A stretch of 64,000 nt of DNA from Azolla caroliniana (taxonomy: Eukaryota > Plantae > Polypodiophyta). A program made the translations under genes and the position numbers. The notes beneath the pieces are model-generated. The model worked only from the letters and a program-made list of their open reading frames with translations, searched no databases and had not been told where the DNA came from. Below are positions 38,720 through 50,681 of the stretch, in pieces. The stretch covers positions 12,896,001 through 12,960,000 of the forward strand of contig JBHGNT010000015.1 in the NCBI GenBank assembly GCA_043228905.1. The letters run 5' to 3'. How positions within the stretch are numbered: the first letter of the stretch is position 1; each line of letters begins with the position of its first letter.

Positions 38720-41025
38720 GGCACGAGCTGTAGGAGTCTTCCTAGTGGCAGCGTAATCTGGCATTCTTGCAACGCCTGCCATGTCTCGTTTTGGGAGTGT
38801 CTGTCGCCGGCAAGCCCTACAGTGTTCTCTTTTTGCCGCTCTAAGTCTGTTACGTTTTGCTCGTTTGCTTTCTTCACCCATTCCGTTGCTTGCTTCCGGA
38901 TGGTCTCCTGCATCTCCCATTCCTTGGCCATGCCCTTCGACCTTGTGGTCACCTGCTGCAGATCTGCCACTTCAGGGACTACCATATTTACAACCGGTCG
39001 TTTGTCATAGCTCTTCGCCGGGCATTGATTACTATAATGGCCTTCCTATCGGCAGTAGTAGTAGTAGGCTTTCCGGGTATTGCTAGATTCGGCATTGTTT
39101 GTTGTACCCAGGGCAGGTCTTGTGGTAAGCGCGGGGTTTTGGGCCGGTTGGCTGCTTGAAGCTCCTTGTTCCAAATCCCGTGGGTGGCCGCCGTTTTTGA
39201 AATGCCGTTTTTTGTTATAGTTCTTCTTATTGCGGTACTCTTGACGAGGTTGGTCATTATATTTGCCGTATTCCTCCCGTTGTTGACGATACCCGGGGGA
39301 GTGCTCCCAGTTGTAATGTTCGTATCGTCTATTGTAATCCCGATACCGATCATATCTATCGTACCGGTCGTAGTTATCCCGCCGATCACCGTACCAAACA
39401 TCATTCTCCCGTCGATCGCCATACCGGACATCTTGTGCCGGTCGGTCGTGGTCCATTAGCCGCCAGCGTTCCTCTTCTTCATCCCGGCTGCTACGTGGCT
39501 CTATTTGTCGGACGGGCGGTGCTTGCCGGTTCAATAGATTATACTCGCACCTATCCGTCGTATGGCCCTTGGATTGACAGATTACACATTGCGTCCTCAT
39601 AGTGCATTCTAGTGCCGAGTGTCCAGAATTCAAGCAGGTTGTGCACTGTATTGCTTGCCAAAACCGGAGGTCTTCATCAGATGGTAACGCCCGTTGGAGT
39701 GCTCCCAGTGTGAGCCAGGAGCTTGTCTTTTCCATCTCTCTCACCCGGTCAATGACCTGGTCGATGGTACTTGCGCGGAAGTCAATTACCGTGCAAACCG
39801 TGCGTAGGGGTTCCCGGAGCGCATTTAGGAATATAGTCCGTAATTCCTCCTCCGGGGGTGCGTGGGCAAGCTGACTATGCATCCGTTGAAACCGGATGAC
39901 AAACTGGGGAATGCTCTCCCCTGCCTCCTGTCGGATGGTATAAAACAAGCCCACCATTACTGTCTGGTCCACCTCCTTGTGGAAAAAATGCAAGAATTTA
40001 GCTTTAAAATCTACGAAGGTGGTGATGGTAGACGGGTCCTGCATCCGACGCCATCTTGCTGCCGGTCCCTCCAATGTGATGCCAAATTCTGCTATCTTAG
40101 AGCGTTCCTCTTCCTCCGGGGTCAATCGCTGGGACACATGGTTTGCTTCCCATGTCTGTTCAAAGGCGTGAACATGAGCTTCCGCGTCCGGATCCTCTCT
40201 ATACTTGGAGTACTGGAACGGCATGTCGTCGTCCGATATCGGTGAGCGGGTTGGTGGTGTTGGTGGTCGTTCCTGGTTTTTCTCCGGCTTCGGTGGTCTT
40301 TCCTGATTTGTCTCCGGTCCGTCCGTCCACACTAATAGCTTACTTACAACCTTCGGTCGCTCTTCCTCTGCTTCTGGTTCCGGAGGTTCCAGCCTTAGCA
40401 CTTCCGGTTCCGGTGTCGGTAAGGTGTCTGATCCTTCGTCCTCCGGTCCGCTCGGGGTTTCGTTGCTGCTACGGTAGTTCGTGTGCACGCTGTATCCCCC
40501 TTCGGAATCTGATTCATACGCTGAAAAGGCTTCTGCTTCGCCTTCTTCGCTTGCCAACGCCTGGAGAAGGGATTCGGTTTCCCGGAGGCTGCTTAGGCTA
40601 CTGCCGTCGTCCGGGTGCGATGTTTGCTGTAACCAGAGGGACTCCTCTGCTACTCTCCAGAAGAGAGTAGTTGTAAGAGAGGAAGAAGACTGATGAGAGA
40701 GGTTTTCTTTGCGTGTAATGAAATAGAAGCTTTTGGTTTTGCTCTAGAGGTAAGCCTCCTTCCCCCTTCCTTTTCTGTCTTGAGCACATTAAATGATCCG
40801 GCACATCATGATCTGTTTTGCACAAAGAAGAGCCCGAGCGCCTTCGTAACAATAACCACACGCTCTGATACGATGTAAAGAATGAGAGGCGTAGATGGTG
40901 TTGGAAAACGAGCGATCCGCTCTAATTTCCTGCGCCGCTTCCTGGAAAGCCTCACGTCTCCTTTGCCTTTCGGCAAGGCGTCGAGTTCGATCTGTAACCA
41001 GGTCGTGCGTTGATCTAGTCATCCA
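38720..41025 (-). pseudogene. gag: B1 gag with three CCHC-type knuckles
   Basis: CTTCLNSGHSALEC, CVICQSKGHTTDRC and YCR*EGHYSNQC; ORF 39046-40557. Confidence 0.85.
40659..40851 (+). repeat. 3' fragment of a Copia H-family LTR inside B1 gag
   Basis: Matches 44131-44323 (agaagagagtagttgt..taaca). Confidence 0.8.
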
Positions 41026-43876
41026 TTCATGCTGTCGTTCGCTGCAAAAATAGGAATCATGGTTGCCAAAAACTATGTTAACTCTTAGGGCCGGACAATG
41101 GCCTAACACAGGGTGTCTATGGAAGACACTTCACCAAAGGGGTGTTACGGCAAGAGGATTAGGTTCAACGATTAATCCGACTTAATTAGGTTACTTAGCA
41201 AGATCATCCTTAATAATCACACGCGTAAGATATAACAATGAATGCAGAACGGCAATTAACACAGAGAGATAAAAACACTAAGCTTCATTAATTATCCGTT
41301 GCCCATTACATTGTATCCGGGCCTTTAAATAGGTTTCCGGTTTGTAGTACAAAACGGTGCCATCTGCACCTGTTCGGGATCGGTCCGGATCCGGAACAAC
41401 ATACCGATTCTGGTCCATCCGTCCACACTAATAGATTACTTACAACCATTCCTTAATAATTAAATAACTCCTTCGTTTCACACTCTGGACTCCTTTGTCG
41501 GCCGGTAACACTAGATAGAGTTACCTTAGTTGTTTGTTGTAATGCGTCTGGAACTGAAAAAGTTCCCATTACAATGATTGGAAAGGCTAAGGAACCAGCT
41601 TGTATTGTTGGATTTCTTGGCCATTACCCTATTTAGCACAAAAAAATGCTTGGATTGATATCCCTACTTTTAATAAGTGGTTTGATCATGTGTTTGTACC
41701 TTTTGTTCGTTCTCGAACTAATCACAAAGTGCTTCTAATCCTTGATAATGCTCCTAGTCATGCCGAAACATTTGAGCGTGATGTTATCAAAGTGATTTTT
41801 TTCCCAGCCAATGTCACATCATGGAAGCAACCAATGGATATGGGAATTATTGCAGCATTGAAAAAGAGGTACAATTATCATTTGATAAGAGAAATTTTGA
41901 CATATCATGATAGTTCAGAAAATGTTAAGATTCGTTTGGAGGATGTTGCTAAACGAATGAGAAGAGGTTCTATTGGTTTAACTTTTGGAAAGTCGGCACA
42001 TTTGCTAGATGCTGCCAATCTCATTGTTAGTGCTTGGAATGAGATCAAGCAAGAAACACTTTTTAATTGCTATAGAAAGGCAGATATTATTCCATCATTC
42101 CGCATTAATGATGTTGAAGTTGTTGAAATGGAAGATCAATGCCTTGATGATCTTGTTTCTTTGTTATGTAACTGCAGTTTGCTTGAGAATGCACATAATG
42201 TAGAAGAAATTCGAGAGGAAATCATGGAATGTGTCAATGCAGATGCAAATGAATCAGAAAAACTAAATCAAAATCTCCTTGAAGAGATTGATGAAGTTAT
42301 AGCGCAAGCATCCAACACCAATGAACCACTTGCATATGATGAAAATGATTCAGATTCTGAGTTTGTTGAGATGCAAGATATGCATGGATGCTTAAAGCAA
42401 GAAGATGTGATTATTCCTGAAGTATTGCAAAATATTGTTGATACCGAACTCATGCTCAACTCGATAATGACAACAACTTATTTGAGTTCCGAGAAAGCAA
42501 AGCAAGTAAAATCAGCTTTATTGAGTGCTTGTAGAATTATTCAAGAAGCAAATTTTGCCATTGTTTCTAAGAGTATCGCTAAAAGTAGGCAAATGACCTT
42601 GCATGATTTTGGTATGAAATAACGAAAGACATAGAAATCCTATTTTTGTTCAATTTTTGCCATTTTTTGTAAGTTCTCGCTAAAAGTAGGCAAATGACCA
42701 AACATGATGTTGGTAGGAAATTGTGAAAGAACTTAGAAATCTGATTTTTATTGATGATTTTGTTGTTTTTTGAATTTTTGGAACATAGTTTCCATTTGGT
42801 TCAATGTATTTTGTCATAAAACAATGTAATTTTTTTGAACAGGATTTTGACATCTATAAAAAGTGCACTTAATAGAAATAGCACACTTAATTGGACTTGC
42901 ACTTAACCGAATGGTTACTGTACATCTTTCTCTCTTCCTTATATAGTGATGGAAGAGTCTAAGTTTATCACATGTAAGCATCATGCTTTTTCTAACTTTA
43001 GTTTTCATGCACACTACATGTGCATGATTAGCTTTCTATCACATCTTTTCTTTTAACTCGAGTGTGTATGCATGAATAACTTTTTCTATCATGCTTATCT
43101 AGAATATTTACATGGGATAAAGTTTAGGATAACTTTAACTCTCATAATATGCTAGTATAGTGGTAAGGCTTAAAATCGTTAACATGGAGGTACATGGTTC
43201 AAATCTTGCCCTATACTTGTAGGAATCTTACCCTATACATGTAACATAATTATTGTAGTATTTCTCCTATTTCTTTATACTTAGTCAATCGGGTACTCCA
43301 CACATATTTTACGTAGTGTACAAAGTACACCACGACAACGGTGCTAAGCCGTTGAGGCATATTTGCACCATTTTGTCATCGTTGATGATGACATTCATGA
43401 GGGCATCGCACAACTCCTTGATTTTCAAGGTATAGTTGGTGATCGACATATCCCTCTGTTGCATGTTGTTTGGCTCTTGTCGAAGTTGAAGCTGTCGTGC
43501 GGCCGTATTGGCCGAAAAAATCTTCTTAAGATTTCCCCAAGCTTCTTTCGGCGTTTTCGAATCTTGAATATAGCCAAGCATGTGGTTATAAACGCATGAC
43601 ACAAGGTAGTACAACACACGACTTGCAACTTGCTCCCACGCTGGGTAGTTGGCGTGTGTCGGGTTGGGTTGTGTTTCGTGAGCTCCCTCAATGTAACTCC
43701 AGTAACCTTGTTCGACAAGGTACTGATGCATCTTGTACTCCCACGATGTGAAGTTTGTCCTGTCGAGCTTCTCAGTAGGAAGATCGCTTCCCATCTGAGT
43801 ATTCATGATGATTTCTTCTCTGTTTTTGAACTGGTTATGTTGTTCGTCGGTGTGTAGCACAACATAGTCGATTCAG

Positions 43877-45230
43877 TTTGATTGGATAACTATTGAGAAA
43901 CAAGCTCAACAAAAGCATATGGTGCGTATTGGTAAGTGAGATCTTCTATAGTAGCTATTGGGAAATTAGCTACTAGTGGACATGTAGGTAAAACAACTAT
44001 TTAGCTAGTCACAACTAATTAGCTATTCACAACTATTTAGCTACTCATAGCTAATTAGCTACTCACAGCTAATTAGTTGAATATGTAAGTCACTTATATA
44101 CTTAGGTAAAGAAGTAAGAGTGAGATGTAGTAGAAGAGAGTAGTTGTCAGAGAAGAAGAAGACTGACGAGAGAGGTTTTCTCTGCATGTAATGAAATAGA
44201 AGCTTTTGGTTTTGATCTAGAGGTAAGTCTCCTTCCTCCTTCCTTTTCTATCTTGAGCACATTAACGATCCAACACATCATGATCCGATGTGCACAAAGA
44301 AGAGCCAAAGCGCTTTCATAACATGGTATCAAAGCAGAGTTGCTCATAAAGGGGAACAATACAAATCTGAGAAGTTTGGTTCTGGTTGTTGGTCTGAATC
44401 CGAGAGTTGTTTGTGAAGTTATTCGTAGCAAAAGCCCTAATTTGAAAGAGAGAATGGTTGCTGAGAATGGAAGCCAAATAGTCACAGAAAAGTTGGACAA
44501 AAACAATTTACCTGCGTGGAAATTCAGAATGACAAATTTCCTGATGGGAAAAGGATACTGGGATTACATTGAAGGAGACCTAGAAGAGGCTCCAGAGATC
44601 CTTGAAGAAAATGCAACTGCTACACAGATTAAAGAATTTAAGGAATGGAATCAAGGGGCAAGGAAAGTATCGCATTGGTTGTCACTTAGCATCTCAAATT
44701 GGATGCTTGGACACATACAAGATTCTTTTCTTCCAAAAGAAGCTTGGGACAGTTTAGTAAAACTATTTGCAGTAAACACAAAGGCTAGAAAGCTTCAGTT
44801 GAAGATTGAGCTAAATACTTTGGAAAAAGGTAAGATGAAAGTTAATGAGTATGCTCTGAAAATAAAGAGCATATGTGAGTCACTTGCTTCTATTAATGTA
44901 AAGGTAGAAGATGATGATAAGGTGGAAATATGCTTAAGAGGCTTAGGACCTCAATATAAAAGCTTCAAAACATCTATTCTCACAAGGGATAACATCCCAA
45001 GTTTTCCAGATCTAGTTTCAATGCTTGTGGTGGAAGAAAGAAGTCAGATGGATGATGTCAACAAAGGAAACTATGAGACTGAGGGGCAAGCCCTCTACAA
45101 TAGTGCTAGAAGAGGCCGAGGAAGATTTGGTTCAGCTAGAACCAACAATAATTATCAAGGAAGAGGACAACAAGCTACAAGTGGAAGAAACAACATCAAA
45201 GGCAAGGGGAGCAATCGAGGTAGAGGTAAG
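43877..45230 (+). mobile_element. Copia H 5' fragment (LTR ending 44323, PBS, gag from 44454)
   Basis: PBS tggtatcaaagc at 44324; EKLDKNNLPAW gag motif; LTR start approximate. Confidence 0.8.
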
Positions 45231-45849
45231 CAATATTCATACATTCTCAAAAGTGTGTTCACACACAAGTCTAGGTTGAGCTTGATTATCAACATGCCCC
45301 CTCAAGCTCAACTTGGATCGGCTTCTTTCGGTTGATGTCTGCTTCGGTTGGTACTCAATTCAGACGGTATTAGGTTCTCTCTTGTCGGTATCTGGTTCCG
45401 TTACCGTCGAATTGATCGTCTTCATATTCCGGCATTTTGGCCTTGCTTTTGGACATCTTTGGACTTAGCCAAGATGTGCTCTCGTCACTTGGGAGCTCTT
45501 GTGGCCCACTCAGCTTGGACATGATCGGACTTTCTTTGAACATATGCCTCAGTTGATCTTCGTCTTCTATCTCTTGGTTAGCCAAGTTGAGGTTGACTGG
45601 AGTCGGCTCATGTTCGTACCATGATGCCAATTTGGGTTTAGGGTTTAGGGTTCGTACCAAAGATGACATCCCGACTTACACAAACCTTTCAAGTAGAGGG
45701 GTTGAAGGACTTGTACCCATTTTGCTCCAGTGAGTACCCTACGAGGATACACTTCTCTGGCTTGGGATCTAGTTTTTGCCGCTTTTCGTCGGGGATGTGC
45801 ACGTATGCAAGTGAGCCGAATATCCTAACATGGGATAGATCTGGCTTCT
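45231..45849 (-). mobile_element. Copia 3' fragment (integrase tail, RT deleted, PPT, partial 3' LTR)
   Basis: KCILVGYSLEQNGY; PPT complement tgccccctcaagc at 45295; LTR start complement tatcaaca at 45294. Confidence 0.75.
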
Positions 45850-48800
45850 TGTCAAATACGAGTGTATAATGGCCGTATTCACATTGTTCCTTTGGACATC
45901 CCAAGTTTGGGCTATTTCTGTAAATAGCATAAAGGGCAGTTGCCCTAGGATAGTCACTATATAAAGTGACTTTGTAACCTTTAGAAAAAGTTGGTTGTCA
46001 TTCTTTGTAACTGTTGCTATTGGGAAAACGTTTTCTTTGTGCCTATCTCTCTCTGGACAAGACTCTTGCCGACTAGGATTCGGAGAAGAAGATAATGAAC
46101 TCCGATGAGATTCAGATTCGGACACACCCGGCTAAGAGCCGGTTGACACTCGAGGAACCAGCTGGTTACGGTGAGGATACCGAACCGGCAGAAGAAGAAG
46201 TAGAGGAAGCTGAAATCGGAACCGGCCACGACCCCGAATCGGATTCGGATGAAGAACAAATAGTGGAGCCGGTTGCCGAAGGCCAATTTCGGAGATATCC
46301 TCTCAAAGAGAGAAGGCCCCCCGAGAGATTTCCGGATGCAGAGCATTTGCTGCTGACTGATGAGGGAGAGCCGTAAAGCTTCGAAGAAGCGAAGGATGAC
46401 ACCCACAGCCGCAAATGGTTAAGTGCCATGCAAGATGAGATGGATTCCCTGCATGAGAACCATACGTACGAATTGGTGGAGTTGCCGAAAGAAAAGCGGG
46501 CACTCCGAAATAAGTGGGCGTACAAGTTGAAAACGGGAGATGCCGGCAACCCCCCGAGATACAAAGCCAGGATCGTGGTGAAGGGGTTCCAGCAAAAGAA
46601 GGTCGTGGACTTCGACGAGATATTTGCCCCGGTAGTAAAGATGACCTCCATCCGGACGGTGCTGAGTATAGCGGCAAGCATGGACCTCGAGGTAGAGCAG
46701 CTAGACGTGAAGACGGCATTCCTTCACGGTGACCTCGAAGAAGAGATCTACATGCAACAACCGGAAGGATTCATGGAGAAAGGGAAGGAGCACCTGGTTT
46801 GCCGGTTAAAGAAGAGCCTGTATGGACTAAAGTAGGCTCCCTGACAGTGGTACCGGAAATTCGACTCCTTCATGACCGATCAAGGGTACCACAAGAAACA
46901 GGCCGATCACTGCATGTTTGTGAAGAAGTTCGAAGGAGGTGACTTCCTGATACTCCTTCTGTACGTGGATAACATGTTGATCGTCGGACGGGACCAAGCC
47001 AAAATACGGATGCTGAAGAAGGCTCTCAACTGAACTTTTGCAATGAAAGACTTGGGTCCGGCAAGACAGATACTAGGGATGCACATCATCCGGCACCGGT
47101 CAAAGAAGCAATTGTGGTTGTCACAGGAGAAATACGTGACAAAGGTGCTTCAGCGGTTCAACATGTTAGAAACAAAACCGGTCGGATCGACACTCCCGGA
47201 AAACTACAGACTATCCGGTAAGCAAAGCCCGAAGAAGAAAGCAGAGAAAGCTGATATGATGAAGGTTCCATATGCCTCTGCCATCGGGAGCTTGATGTAC
47301 GCAATGGTGTGTACTCGACCGGATATTGGATACGCAGTCAGAGTGGTGAGCCGGTTTATGAGCAATCCCGACAAGGAGCACTGGAACGCGGTCAAATGGA
47401 TACTCCGGTACCTGAAGGGCACTTCAAATATGTATCTCTGATTCGGCTCCGGTAAACCTCAACTTGATGGTTTTACCGATTCGGACATGTCGGCCGATGT
47501 GAATACCAGCCGGTCTACATCCAGGTATGTAATGACATATGCAGGGGGAGTTGTTTCATGGCAGTCGAGGTTGCAGAAGACAGTTGTGTTGTCAACCACG
47601 GAGGCGGAGTACATGGCGGCTTTGGAAGCCGGCAAGGAAATATTATGGATGAAGGACTTCATCGGTGAGCTCGGTATCCAGCAAGATGAATACCGGCTCT
47701 ATTGCGATAGTCAAAGTGCCATCCACCTTGCTAAGAACGCAGCGTACCATTCCAGGATGAAGCACATCCAGCGTAGGTATCATTGGATCCGGGAGCGAGT
47801 AGAAGATCGAGAGTTCGCACTGACGAAGATCCACACGGCCGAGAACGAGTCAGATATGCTGACCAAAGTACTGATACCCGACAAGTTGGATGCATGTCAG
47901 AAGCGGATCGGACTAGTAAGACATCCCATGCCGGAGTGAAGGGGGAGTTTGTTAGGAAACAGGTCTCTCCATATGGGAAGTGAGAAGAATAGTGTTGATG
48001 AGCAAACTCGACTGAGGCCGAAACCGGATGTGGAGGACCCGGCAACAGAAGACCCGGTCCGGTGAGAACCGGATGTGGAGTACCCGGCTATGGAAGACCC
48101 AGTGAGAACCGAATGACGAGTACCCAGCAAGAGCCGGATGGTGAATGCCCGGTGAGAAGTGCTCACCGGATGAAGGGACATATTCGTAAATATGTTTTCT
48201 GAGAGTCCATCGGGGCTATATTTGTAAATAGCCGAAAAGTCATATTAGTATAAATATGACTTAGGGCAAACTTAGTGGTAGAGGAGTTGTCATTCTTGTT
48301 GGTGCAAGATTTGAGTGCGTAACTATGTATAGAGAGAGAGAGAGGAAGAGGTCGTTGCCTCTGTTGTAACTGCCGCCTGTGGCAAAGATAGCAAGCTCGA
48401 GGTCGTTGCCTCGGTGCTTTTCTATTGTATATTGTGATATAGTGATAGTTTGTAGTCTGTGGGCTGCCGTGGTTTTTCCCTGGTTTGGGTTTTCCACGTT
48501 AACATCCTATGTACTCTTCTCTTTACTATGCCGTGCGTTCATTACCCGTTTTCTGTGTTTGATCCTAGGCTCGGTAGTGGTCGAGCGTTGTTCATCGGGA
48601 GCGTGTATTCCTGTCAAAAAGAGAGGGAGAAGTGAGACCAAAGATATCGCGTCAGGGTGTTGTTGCTTTGTCAAAGAATCCGGTTCACCACAACGTCTCC
48701 AAGCATATCGACGTTCGATATCACTTCGTTCGGGACTGCGTTATTTCAGGGAAAATCGGTCTAGAGAAGATATCCACAACCAATAATGCGTAGATGGAAT

Positions 48801-49270
48801 GACCAAGTGTCTTTCGGCGGATCGTTTCCGGTCCCTTCGGCACCGGATGGGCGTAACGAAAAATTGGTCTGGTTAAAGTCAAACACACATTATAGGACGG
48901 TTTCGGACAACAGACATCGGTTCTCTGTCTTCGGATCTTGTCGACTCTAACAAAACCGATCTGTTCGATAAACCTTGTATATACCTGTAATTTTTTAGAT
49001 AACCCATGTATACGCCCATTATGGGGGAGTGTCAAATACGAGTGTATAATGGCCGTATTCACACTGTCCCTTTGGACATTCCAAGTTTGGGCTATTTCTG
49101 TAAATAGCATAAAGGGCAGTTGCCCTAGGATAGTCACTATATAAAGTGACTTTGTAACCTTTAGAAAAGGTTGGTTGTGATTCTTTGTAACTGTTGCTAT
49201 TGGAAAAACGTTTTCTTTGTGCCTATCTCTCTCTCTCTCTGTGTCCATCTTGCTTATGCGCATACACAGG
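45850..49270 (+). mobile_element. Deleted Copia I (LTRs start at 45850 and 49030; RNase H tail 48640-48880)
   Basis: Direct repeat tgtcaaatacgagtg; PPT atgggggag at 49021; HIDVRYHFVRD; right end uncertain. Confidence 0.75.
46056..48616 (+). mobile_element. Copia J 3' half (RT, RNase H, PPT, 3' LTR 47950-48616), related to G
   Basis: Degenerate ORFs 46428-47939 closely match G pol; PPT gaagggggag. Confidence 0.9.
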
Positions 49271-49419
49271 TTCTTCATCACGAATGTTGCTTGCACTTCC
49301 GCATTGACGGCCTTGTCTTTGTGTCTTCAAGCAATCAGCCATGATTTTGAGTAGACATGAAATAAAAATAATACTTGTCTATGTGCATTCAAGCAATCAT
49401 CATCTATATTAGGTTAGGG

Positions 49420-50047
49420 TTAATTGTGTAGAGTGCCCACATGCAGTAGAATCCATACAACACGCTCTGTGGGACTGCCCAACATCTCATCGAATATGGC
49501 AAGGGGTTGGCCACTTGTTGCAATTATGCCAGGTGCAAGGTTCAACCAAGTGGGGAAATATATGTTGGCTATCATGGCAGGCTACAATTGGCCGATACGA
49601 GCATCAAGAGGAGGGGATGACTTTGGTGATAAAAGCACAAGAGGTCCTTTTCTCCTCTAGCGGCAATGTTCACTCTATTCCTCTTAATGACAAATCTCAA
49701 GAGGTGTTGGAATTGGTTAGCCCAATAACCCTTTGGATTCTATGGAAACAACGATGTAGGTGAGTCTTCTCCAACCAAACTACCCATCCAACAAGGTTAG
49801 TGCAAGAGATATGGAGTGAAATTGTAGCCACTCTAAAGAGCCAATATAATGGCCTTAAGGGCGGCTCCGAGGGAGTTGAAAGACAACGCATAGCCTTCAT
49901 CCAACAATGGTCGTCCTCTCCCTTTCTTGAGTCAGTGGGCATCCACATAAGATGGAACTATCGCGTCCCTTTAGGGATTTGTACATAATCGCCTCATTTG
50001 TAAAATTTTATAACTAATGGAAGGAGTTTTTTTTTTGGAAAAAAAAA
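49420..50047 (+). mobile_element. 5'-truncated L1-like LINE 3' end
   Basis: LWILWKQRC and WSEIVATL motifs typical of the LINE ORF2 C-terminus, followed by an A tract at 50039-50047. Confidence 0.6.
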
Positions 50048-50681
50048 GAATGTGCCCTCTATGTATATATATTACAAAAACTAAAATAAAAACTGCAAGT
50101 AGCATTCATGAATTTTAAATTATTGACATTGATATGTTAGAATTTGTTAAGATTGATCTATTTTTTTAAATCATTGACAATTTTTGTCCATTCCAAAATC
50201 CTTAACACTAATGTATTGTGTAGAAACAATAGGATAGATTCAAGTATTCTTGAATTTAAAGACAAACATATGGTGATGTTTTGGACTCTACCAATTATTA
50301 AGGAAACATTAAAGGCATTTATGTAAAAGTGAAAATCAAGCATAACATAAGAATATGCACATTTATTACAAGCCATGAACACATGAAACCCATATTATGG
50401 GTAACGAAAAATGTATATTGGTTCTAGGTAAACAAGTGTCAATATATAAGATCAACATATTTAGTCTTATAAATGGGGTTTAATCATGTTTCCATTGTGC
50501 CTACGATGCATATAAGGCTCAAATACCCAATGGAGTGTACATCCACAAAAAAATGTGTGGCAATACATTTGTGAGAACATAGACAACTTGTGTATATGTC
50601 TCATGATTGCTTCAAATATGATGTCCAAATATGATCGTAGATCCATTGGTGGTTTTTGAAGATGGCATGTGTTTTGTACAG

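Larger units (their letters stand above)
22044..41510 (-). mobile_element. Athila-like Gypsy element B1 (gag and extra ORF2 retained, pol lost)
   Basis: 435-bp LTRs 22044-22478 and 41076-41510; PBS tggcaaccatg on the minus strand; TSD CTAGA at 21529-21533 and 41511-41515. Confidence 0.85.
20893..42622 (+). pseudogene. pogo-like transposase (HTH, CENP-B HTH, DDE) in two parts, 20893-21533 and 41516-42622
   Basis: YPELEERLYAW; YNMDEIGLF; KKLL|DRVTLVVCCNASGTEK across the insert; LDNAPSH..QPMD gives DD30D spacing; stop at 21274 and frameshift near 41615. Confidence 0.92.
19627..42920 (+). mobile_element. pogo/Tigger-like (Tc1/mariner superfamily) DNA transposon, about 3.3 kb without its nested insert, inserted in the 5' LTR of D
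   Basis: TIRs tagtaaacatttggttaagtgca (19627) and tgcacttaaccgaatggttactg (ends 42920); TA on both flanks; subterminal cacttaa repeats. Confidence 0.9.
13571..43337 (-). mobile_element. tRNA-Trp-primed non-chromovirus Gypsy element D (degenerate gag-pol 14250-19320)
   Basis: LTRs 13571-14064 and 19373-19626+42923-43337; PPT complement ctcaccccctcc at 14065; PBS ttcacgtcgggttcacca at 19352-19369; protease LIDHGSEIN; integrase HHCC; 4-bp TSD GCGG/ACGG. Confidence 0.88.
5785..43870 (-). mobile_element. Old Ty1/Copia host element E in three pieces (5785-6566, 12470-13570, 43338-43870)
   Basis: Reading frames rejoin across the insertions: LSHK*IGHIN across 6566/12475 and VQICLNGLAPRFSAIR across 13570/43342; gag start MNTQMGSDLPTEKLD near 43806. 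Confidence 0.85.

Noticed and set aside
49431-50057. gtgccc as the LINE TSD
   Set aside because: It is too short and not cleanly placed at the ends.
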